Below, piece by piece: positions 57,402 to 64,000 of a DNA stretch of 64,000 bases. Source of the stretch: Alphaproteobacteria bacterium. Lineage in GTDB: Bacteria > Pseudomonadota > Alphaproteobacteria > GCA-2731375. The DNA lies in assembly GCA_965232515.1 (NCBI GenBank), contig CBDDPY010000002.1, positions 4,640,001-4,704,000 of the forward strand, in the 5' to 3' direction. The translations under genes were made by a program, and so were the position numbers. Every line of letters begins with the position of its first letter. Position 1 is the first letter of the stretch. Under the pieces are notes generated by a model that saw only the letters and a list, made by a program, of their open reading frames with translations, was not told the origin of the DNA and made no database searches.

Positions 57402-57416
57402 TTTAAGTTTTCATAA
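57402..57416. promoter_or_regulatory. CtrA-like box
   Basis: TTAA-gtttttc-ATAA upstream of the ParA-PilZ gene. Confidence 0.4.
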
Positions 57417-57436
57417 AGATGGCCGATGCGGCCGGC

Positions 57437-58147
57437 TCAGACCGTCAGGTGGCGACGAACCTCTGCTTCGTCGAGATCCCGGCAAGGGCCGGCCAGGACG
57501 ATCTCGCCACGGTCCATGACCGCCATATCATCGGCCAGGTCGTGAGCGAATTCGAAATACTGCTCAACCAGGAGGATGGCCATATCGCCCCGATCCGCCA
57601 ACAGCCGAATCACCCGCGCGATATCCTTGATGATCGACGGCTGAATCCCTTCGGTGGGCTCGTCCAGGATAAGAAGTTTCGGTTTCGTTACCAGGGCCCG
57701 GGCGATCGCCAATTGTTGCTGTTGCCCGCCCGACAGGTCGCCGCCGCGGCGGCCCGCCATCTCGCCCAGGATCGGGAACAAATCGAAGATTTCAGGCGGC
57801 AGGTATCTCTCCGAACGCGGCAGACAGGTGTAGCCGGTCATCAAGTTTTCTTCGACCGAAAGCCGGGGAAAGATCTCCCGGCCCTGCGGCACGTAGCCGA
57901 TTCCACGACGCACGCGCGCATGGGTTGGCAACCGACCGATGTCGTCGTTTTGCCAATGGATGCTGCCATCGACAATGGGCGTCAGGCCCATAACCGCCCG
58001 CAACAGGCTCGATTTGCCGACGCCGTTGCGACCGAGAAGGCAGGTGACCTGCCCGGCGGAGGCGCCAAGGCTGACACCGCGCAGGATATGGCTGGCACCA
58101 TATCGGAGGTGAATGCCATCGATCCGCAAAGTGGCGTCAACGCCCAA
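57437..58147 (-). CDS. urtE: Urea ABC transporter ATPase
   Basis: GRNGVGKS, LSGGQQQQ, LDEPTEGIQPSII. Confidence 0.92.
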   Translation of the reverse strand: MGVDATLRIDGIHLRYGASHILRGVSLGASAGQVTCLLGRNGVGKSSLLRAVMGLTPIVDGSIHWQNDDIGRLPTHARVRRGIGYVPQGREIFPRLSVEENLMTGYTCLPRSERYLPPEIFDLFPILGEMAGRRGGDLSGGQQQQLAIARALVTKPKLLILDEPTEGIQPSIIKDIARVIRLLADRGDMAILLVEQYFEFAHDLADDMAVMDRGEIVLAGPCRDLDEAEVRRHLTV

Positions 58148-58898
58148 GATAGACCTCGATCACCTGATCGTTCTTCTGCACCGTATCCATCGCACCTTCG
58201 GCCAGCACGCCGCCCTCGTGCAGGACGGTGACTCGGGCATCGAGGCTGCGGACAAAGGCCATGTCATGCTCGACAACGACAACCGAGTGGTTTTGCGCGA
58301 TGTCGAGCAGGAGCGCCGCGGTCTGCTCGGTCTCATGGTCCGTCATGCCGGCGACAGGCTCGTCCAGCAGCAGCAGTCGGGGATCCTGGATCAACAGCAT
58401 GCCAATCTCCAGCCACTGTTTCTGGCCGTGACTGAGATCACCAGCATCATCGTGGGACCGGTCCTGCAAACGAACCACACGCAGAACCTCTTCGATGCGT
58501 TCTATTTGCGCCGCCGTGGGTCGAAACATCAGCGTGGCGAACGTGCCGCGATCGCCCTTCAGCGCCAGCTCCAGATTCTCGTATACGTTGAGGTTTTCGA
58601 ACACCGTCGGTTTCTGGAACTTTCGGCCGATGCCGATATTGGCGATCGTGGCCTCGTCGAGGCGGGTCAGATCGATGCTGCCCTCGAACAAGACGGAACC
58701 CTGATCCGGGCGCGTTTTGCCCGTGATCACATCCATCATAGTGGTCTTGCCGGCGCCGTTCGGGCCGATGATCGACCGCAACTCGCCGGGTTCGACGATC
58801 AGGCTGAGATTGTTGAGCGCCTTGAAGCCGTCGAAGCTGACGGTGACGCCGTCGAGGTACAGCAAGCTGTTGCTGGCGATCGTGGGTGGCTCAGACAT
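58137..58898 (-). CDS. urtD: Urea ABC transporter ATPase
   Basis: GPNGAGKT, LSHGQKQWLEIG, EVYLGR. Confidence 0.92.
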   Translation of the reverse strand: MSEPPTIASNSLLYLDGVTVSFDGFKALNNLSLIVEPGELRSIIGPNGAGKTTMMDVITGKTRPDQGSVLFEGSIDLTRLDEATIANIGIGRKFQKPTVFENLNVYENLELALKGDRGTFATLMFRPTAAQIERIEEVLRVVRLQDRSHDDAGDLSHGQKQWLEIGMLLIQDPRLLLLDEPVAGMTDHETEQTAALLLDIAQNHSVVVVEHDMAFVRSLDARVTVLHEGGVLAEGAMDTVQKNDQVIEVYLGR

Positions 58899-60027
58899 GA
58901 CGTTTGAGCAGAGCTGGCGCGCCGTTGCGCAGACGTGCGGACAACGACCTGGTGAGGCCGACCAGTCCTTTCGGCATATAGAGGGTCACGCAGATGAACA
59001 ACGCACCCAGGAAAAACAGCCAGATCTCTGGCGCGACGCCCGTCAGCACACTCTTTGCGCCATTGATGGTCAGCGCGCCGACGATGGCGCCGAAGAGCGT
59101 GCCACGTCCGCCAACCGCGACCCATACCGCTACTTCGATCGAGTTGGCCGGCGCGAACTCTCCCGGATTGATAATGCCGACCTGCGGCACGTAGAGGGCG
59201 CCGGCAATCCCGGCCAGGACCGCGGATAGCGTGAAGACGAAGAGCTTGGCGCCGGTCACCGAATAGCCGAGGAACCGGAGACGGCTTTCGGCGTCGCGGA
59301 TCGCCAGCAGCACCCGGCCGAGTTTCGACACGGCGACGAAACGGCAGACCAAGTAAGCGAGCCCGAGACCGATGGCGGCGCAGACATAGAGCCCAACTTT
59401 CGTTGATTGTTGGGCCAGATCAAAGCCGAGCAGTTCCTTGAAATCCGTCAGACCGTTGTTGCCGCCGAATCCCATGTCGTTGCGGAAGAACGCTAGCAAT
59501 AACGCATAGGTGAGCGCCTGGGTGATGATCGAGAAATAGACGCCGGTGATCCGAGAGCGAAAGGCGAGCCAGCCAAACACGAATGCCAGACTGCCCGGCA
59601 CCAGCATCACCATCAAAGCCGCGAACCAGAACTGATCGAAGCCGTACCAATACCATGGCAACTCCTGCCAGTTCAGAAAGACCATGAAGTCGGGCAGCTC
59701 TGGATGGCCATAGACGCCGCGCTCGCCGATCTGACGCATCAGGTACATCCCCATGGCATAGCCGCCCAAGGCGAAGAAGGCGCCGTGGCCGAGACTGAGC
59801 ACGCCGGCAAACCCCCAGATCAGATCCAGGCTGAGCGCCAGCATCGCGTAGCAGAGATACTTGCCCATGATGGTGACGAAATAGGTCGGGACGTGCAGCG
59901 GCGACTGTTCCGGCACAATCAGGTTCAAGACGGGAATGCCGACAATCAGCACGATGCCGCATGCAACGAAGACCGACCAACCGCGCCGGTTTTCCAAGGC
60001 CAGGAGGCGTGAGGTGAGCGGGCCCAT
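58891..60027 (-). CDS. urtC: Urea ABC transporter permease
   Basis: LPDFMVFLNW, GVYFSIITQA, FGGNNGLTDF. Confidence 0.92.
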   Translation of the reverse strand: MGPLTSRLLALENRRGWSVFVACGIVLIVGIPVLNLIVPEQSPLHVPTYFVTIMGKYLCYAMLALSLDLIWGFAGVLSLGHGAFFALGGYAMGMYLMRQIGERGVYGHPELPDFMVFLNWQELPWYWYGFDQFWFAALMVMLVPGSLAFVFGWLAFRSRITGVYFSIITQALTYALLLAFFRNDMGFGGNNGLTDFKELLGFDLAQQSTKVGLYVCAAIGLGLAYLVCRFVAVSKLGRVLLAIRDAESRLRFLGYSVTGAKLFVFTLSAVLAGIAGALYVPQVGIINPGEFAPANSIEVAVWVAVGGRGTLFGAIVGALTINGAKSVLTGVAPEIWLFFLGALFICVTLYMPKGLVGLTRSLSARLRNGAPALLKRHV

Positions 60028-60042
60028 CGCGTCTCGTCACCC

Positions 60043-61710
60043 CTAGGCTTCCGCCGCCCGCCCTTTCAGGGCGAAGAGACCGCGCGGGCGCTTCTGGATG
60101 AACAGAATGATCAGCACCAACAGCGCGATCTTGGCCAGAACCACGCCGGCGAAGGGTTCCAGGAACTTGTTGACGAGGCCGAGGCTGAGGGCGCCCGCGA
60201 CCGTGCCCCACAGACTGCCGACGCCGCCGAACACAACCACCATGAAACTGTCGACGATAAAGCCCTGGCCCAAGTTGGGGCTGACATTGGTGATCTGACT
60301 GAGCGCGACGCCAGCCATGCCGGCGATGCCGGAGCCAAGACCAAAAGTCATGACGTCCACGCGATCGGTGGGGATGCCCATGGCCGCGCTCATGCCGCGG
60401 TTCTGGGTCACGGCGCGCATGTTCAACCCGTACTGCGTGAAGCGGATCAAGATGGCGAGCACGCCGACCACCAGGAAGGCGAACACGATGATGTAGATCC
60501 GGTTGTAGGTCAGCGCGACGCCGCCGGCCAACTCGATGGCGCCCGACATCCAATTCGGATTCGCGACCTCGCGATTGGTCGCACCAAAGATGGATCGCAC
60601 GAGTTGCTGCAGGATCAGGCTGACGCCCCAGGTCGCCAACAGCGTTTCCAATGGGCGCCCGTACAAGAAACGGATCACGCCGCGCTCGATCGCAATTCCA
60701 AAGACGCCGGCAACGAGAAACGCCGCCGGAATCGCGGCCAGCAGGTAGAGGCCGAAAAATTCGGGCGGCAAAAACGACCGAAAAACCTGCTGCACGACAA
60801 ATGTCGTGTAGGCGCCGAGCATGATCATCTCGCCGTGGGCCATGTTGATCACACCCATGACGCCGAACGTGATCGCCAGTCCGATGGCCGCGAGCAGCAG
60901 CACAGACCCGAGGCTGAGGCCGTGAAACAGGTTTTCACCGATGGTGAACAGGAAGAGCTGATTGTCGATGCGCGTCAGGGCAGCCGTCGCCGCGGAGCGC
61001 ACTGCCGCGTCCGGCTCCTGGAAATTGCCGTCGCTGTCCTGCAGCAAGAGCCGGTTTAACAGCGCTTTCACATTCGGATCGAGCGAGCCGGCGAGCACAT
61101 CGATCGCGCCGATCCGTTGTTCCGGCGTGCCGCCCGCCAATTCGGCGCCAGCAAGGCTGATAGTCAGGGCGTCGCGAACATCGACATTCGTTTCCGACTT
61201 CAGGGCATCGCGCAGCAGTCCGGCGACATCAGGGCCGGGGCTCTTGATCAGATCTCGCGCCGCCGCAAGCCGGACATCCGCATCGGCGCTGAACAAGCCG
61301 AGCCGGCCGACGGCATCGCGGATATGCTTGCGCAGCTTGTTGTTGGCGCTGATCTTCTTGACGTCTCGACGCCCGACCTCGCCGAGCCCCGCGCTCGTCA
61401 GCACGTCGGTCAACACGTAGCCACCGCCCGTTCGCGTGCCGATAACGATGGCGGTGTCTGACTTTCGCAAGAACAAACGACCGGCTGACAGGGCCCGCAA
61501 CACCGGCAGTGCCCGCCGGTCGCCCAGAGCGACGAGCCCATCGACCGCTTCGGTCTTTGCCTTGAAGCTCTTTGCATTCAACGCCTGCACGGCCTGTGCG
61601 AACGGATCGGCATGCGCATCTAGCGCTGAGATCATGAAAAGCAGCAGGCAGGCGAGCGTCGAGATGGCAAGGCGCAGGAAGCGGGCGTCCTGTTGGCGCC
61701 GTTCAATCAT
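60043..61710 (-). CDS. urtB: Urea ABC transporter permease with N-terminal HEAT-like extension
   Basis: GVINMAHGEMIMLGAY, RPLETLLATWG, IQKRPRGLF; start uncertain. Confidence 0.9.
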   Translation of the reverse strand: MIERRQQDARFLRLAISTLACLLLFMISALDAHADPFAQAVQALNAKSFKAKTEAVDGLVALGDRRALPVLRALSAGRLFLRKSDTAIVIGTRTGGGYVLTDVLTSAGLGEVGRRDVKKISANNKLRKHIRDAVGRLGLFSADADVRLAAARDLIKSPGPDVAGLLRDALKSETNVDVRDALTISLAGAELAGGTPEQRIGAIDVLAGSLDPNVKALLNRLLLQDSDGNFQEPDAAVRSAATAALTRIDNQLFLFTIGENLFHGLSLGSVLLLAAIGLAITFGVMGVINMAHGEMIMLGAYTTFVVQQVFRSFLPPEFFGLYLLAAIPAAFLVAGVFGIAIERGVIRFLYGRPLETLLATWGVSLILQQLVRSIFGATNREVANPNWMSGAIELAGGVALTYNRIYIIVFAFLVVGVLAILIRFTQYGLNMRAVTQNRGMSAAMGIPTDRVDVMTFGLGSGIAGMAGVALSQITNVSPNLGQGFIVDSFMVVVFGGVGSLWGTVAGALSLGLVNKFLEPFAGVVLAKIALLVLIILFIQKRPRGLFALKGRAAEA

Positions 61711-61805
61711 GTGGCTGGATGTCCACGGCATGGATAGCTGCAGCTGGCAACCGCCGCAGCCCGATGCGGTGGGGCTGCGGCGGTGTCGGCGTGCCGCAAT
61801 ACGGC

Positions 61806-63086
61806 TTAGTTGATCGCGAACTTGGGCTTGGCGCAGTTGCCGCAGACCCATGGATAGGTCCAATCGGCGGTCAGTTTCGCGCTCTCCGGGATGTAATCGC
61901 TCCAGGCATCGCCAACGACAGGCTCATCCGTGCTCCAGACGGTCTCGAACTGGCCGTCCGGCTGGATCTCGCCGATCAGCACCGGCTTCGACAGATGGTG
62001 GTTGGCGTGCATCACCGCGGTCGTGCCTGTCAGCGACATCACCGTCTGTCCATACATAGCCTGGCGGACCGCATCGACATCAGTGGTGCCAGCCTGCTTG
62101 ACCGCCTGCACCCACATATTGAAGCCGATGTAGTGCGCCTCCATCGGATCGTTGGTCACGCGGTCCTCGCTGCCGATAAAGGCATGCCACTTCTGGATGA
62201 AGGCGTCGTTCTCCTTCGTATCGACCGACATGAAATAGTTCCATGCCGCCAAGTGACCAACCAGCGGTTCGGCGTCGAGGCCGGCCAGCTCTTCCTCGCC
62301 GACCGAGAACGCCACGACCGGAATGTCTTCGGCCTTGATGCCCTGGTTTGCGAGTTCCTTGTAGAAGGGCACGTTGGCGTCGCCGTTGATGGTCGATACG
62401 ACGGCCGTCTTCTTGCCCTGCGCAGCGAACTTCTTGACCTCGGCGACGATGGTCTGCCAATCGGAATGACCGAACGGCGTGTACTCCTCCATGATGTCGT
62501 CGTCACCGACGCCTTTGGCATTCAGAAAGGCGCGCAGGATTTTGTTCGTCGTGCGCGGATAGACATAGTCGGTGCCCAGCAACACCCAGCGTTCGGCGCC
62601 GCCGCCGTCCTCGCTCATCAAATACTCGACCGCGGGGATTGCCTGCTGGTTCGGCGCCGCGCCGGTGTAAAAGACGTTGCGCGACGATTCCTCGCCCTCG
62701 TATTGCACGGGATAGAAAAGGAGTCCGTTCAGCTCCTCGAACACCGGCAGCACCGACTTGCGCGACACCGACGTCCAGCAACCGAAGACCACCGCGACCT
62801 TCTCAACCTCGATCAGCTCGCGCGCCTTCTCGGCGAACAGTGGCCAGTCGGAGGCCGGGTCGACGACCACCGGCTCGATCTTTTTCCCGAGCAGGCCGCC
62901 GTTTGCATTCAAATCGTCGATCAGCATGAGCACCGCGTCCTTCAACGTCGTCTCGCTGATCGCCATGGTCCCAGACAATGAGTGCAGAACGCCGACCTTG
63001 ATCGTGTCCTCGGCCTTCGCCGCACCGGTCATCGACGCCGCCGCCAGGGCTCCGGCCGTCGCGATCGCACGAAGCGCTTTTTTCAT
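61806..63086 (-). CDS. urtA: Urea ABC transporter substrate-binding protein
   Basis: LHSLSGTMAISE, GCWTSVSRK, YPVQYEG, GTDYVYPR. Confidence 0.95.
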   Translation of the reverse strand: MKKALRAIATAGALAAASMTGAAKAEDTIKVGVLHSLSGTMAISETTLKDAVLMLIDDLNANGGLLGKKIEPVVVDPASDWPLFAEKARELIEVEKVAVVFGCWTSVSRKSVLPVFEELNGLLFYPVQYEGEESSRNVFYTGAAPNQQAIPAVEYLMSEDGGGAERWVLLGTDYVYPRTTNKILRAFLNAKGVGDDDIMEEYTPFGHSDWQTIVAEVKKFAAQGKKTAVVSTINGDANVPFYKELANQGIKAEDIPVVAFSVGEEELAGLDAEPLVGHLAAWNYFMSVDTKENDAFIQKWHAFIGSEDRVTNDPMEAHYIGFNMWVQAVKQAGTTDVDAVRQAMYGQTVMSLTGTTAVMHANHHLSKPVLIGEIQPDGQFETVWSTDEPVVGDAWSDYIPESAKLTADWTYPWVCGNCAKPKFAIN

Positions 63087-63135
63087 CTGCTTTCAACCTC
63101 CACCACGGGTTCATTCTTGTGATGGGGTTGATACG

Positions 63136-63150
63136 GCAACAATCATGCCA
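63136..63150 (-). promoter_or_regulatory. Sigma54 -24/-12 promoter of the urt operon
   Basis: Minus strand TGGCATGATTGTTGC matches TGGCAC-N5-TTGC. Confidence 0.75.
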
Positions 63151-63229
63151 CCTTCGGTCGATGCGCCGGGCGCGGCATAACCCGCTGAAAACTGCCGAGA
63201 TGCACATTCGAGTGAGGAATCATCGTGCT

Positions 63230-63275
63230 TGCTGAATGTGTGTGCAGCGTAGTCACGTTGCACATAAATGCGTCA
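63230..63275. promoter_or_regulatory. Two candidate NtrC enhancer sites
   Basis: TGCTG-N7-GTGCA (63230-63246) and TGCAC-N7-CGTCA (63259-63275), upstream of the sigma54 site. Confidence 0.5.
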
Positions 63276-63340
63276 GATTGCGCCTTCCTCGGTCGGCGAG
63301 GAGCAAGCGTCACCGATCGTCAGGGTGATGGGTTCGTCTC

Positions 63341-63952
63341 TCAGACCCCCTGCGCAGGACCTCGTGTCTTCAGCCCCGCCAACAGGGTGACGATCATCTC
63401 GTCCGCCAGGTTCGACACCGTGTCGGTCGAGATCAGATTGAGCTTGTTGGTAAGGCCGAGCGAACAGATGCCATGCAGGGCGGACCACAATATGCGGGCG
63501 GTCCGGCGCCGGTTTGCGATTGCGTTTGGCGGGAACAATGGATCGATGACCAACTCGACGACCTCGAACAGCTGGCTCAGCTTCTTCAGGTACCAGACCG
63601 GCAGCTCCCGGCCGGAAGGCAGACGGTGCTCGAACAGCGCCAGCCAGAGGTTCTTGTTTGCCTCGGTGAATGAGATGTACCGCTCGGCCAACCCCAGAAG
63701 CTGCGCTTCGGTATCCGCGTCTTCTGTTCGGCCTTCGGTGATCGCGGCGTAGAGGCTGTCTAGGGTCAGGCCATGCACCTCGACCAGCAGATCGTCCAGA
63801 TCGATGACGACGTTGTAGATACTGCCGACGGCACAGCCGACGCCATTTGCCAGACGCCGAGCGGTCAATCCCTGCAGGCCTTCCTCATGAATGAGACGCC
63901 GTGCGTATTCGATCAATTCGTTTCGGAGGTTTTCACGCGGCTTTCTTGGCAA
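63341..63952 (-). CDS. TetR/AcrR family regulator (WHG-type C-terminus)
   Basis: LTARRLANGVGCAVGSIYN HTH; LWSALHG; purine-rich RBS before the TTG. Confidence 0.88.
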   Translation of the reverse strand: MPRKPRENLRNELIEYARRLIHEEGLQGLTARRLANGVGCAVGSIYNVVIDLDDLLVEVHGLTLDSLYAAITEGRTEDADTEAQLLGLAERYISFTEANKNLWLALFEHRLPSGRELPVWYLKKLSQLFEVVELVIDPLFPPNAIANRRRTARILWSALHGICSLGLTNKLNLISTDTVSNLADEMIVTLLAGLKTRGPAQGV

Positions 63953-64000
63953 TCCTTTCCTCCGGCAGGTTCGCGTGGACAGGTGTCGTCTGGCGATTCA

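Overview
High-GC alphaproteobacterial chromosomal window (Rhodospirillales-like gene content; the taxonomy is an inference). It has about 60 CDS and no rRNA, tRNA, CRISPR array, transposase or integrase. Recognisable blocks: a two-component cluster, a UbiA/EamA/GT-C surface-glycosylation cluster, opgG/D, a copper amine oxidase, egtB-egtD, a TpsA/TpsB two-partner secretion pair, sugar and aromatic catabolic genes, and urtABCDE with a sigma54 promoter. Several signals are missed by the ORF track. (1) A compact 3.5-kb phage-derived genetic switch (21381-24861) has an intact S24 repressor, five GCAT-W4-ATGC operators in an OL/OR-like layout, a GcrA-like protein with inverted domain order, and DUF6477- and DUF6456-like genes, but no structural or integration genes. 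It is a candidate domesticated GTA/prophage regulator. (2) Two UGA-recoded selenoprotein genes: SelW/Rdx-type CxxU at 24900-25118 and UGSC-type at 43136-43666, the latter with a clear SECIS-like hairpin. (3) A candidate sRNA with anti-SD loops at about 43790-43895. (4) A secreted caspase/Sel1/SH3 operon led by a 28-Gly protein. (5) A ParA-PilZ fusion with a degenerate Walker A, and several CtrA-like boxes. Family names come from motif recognition by eye, not from database searches.
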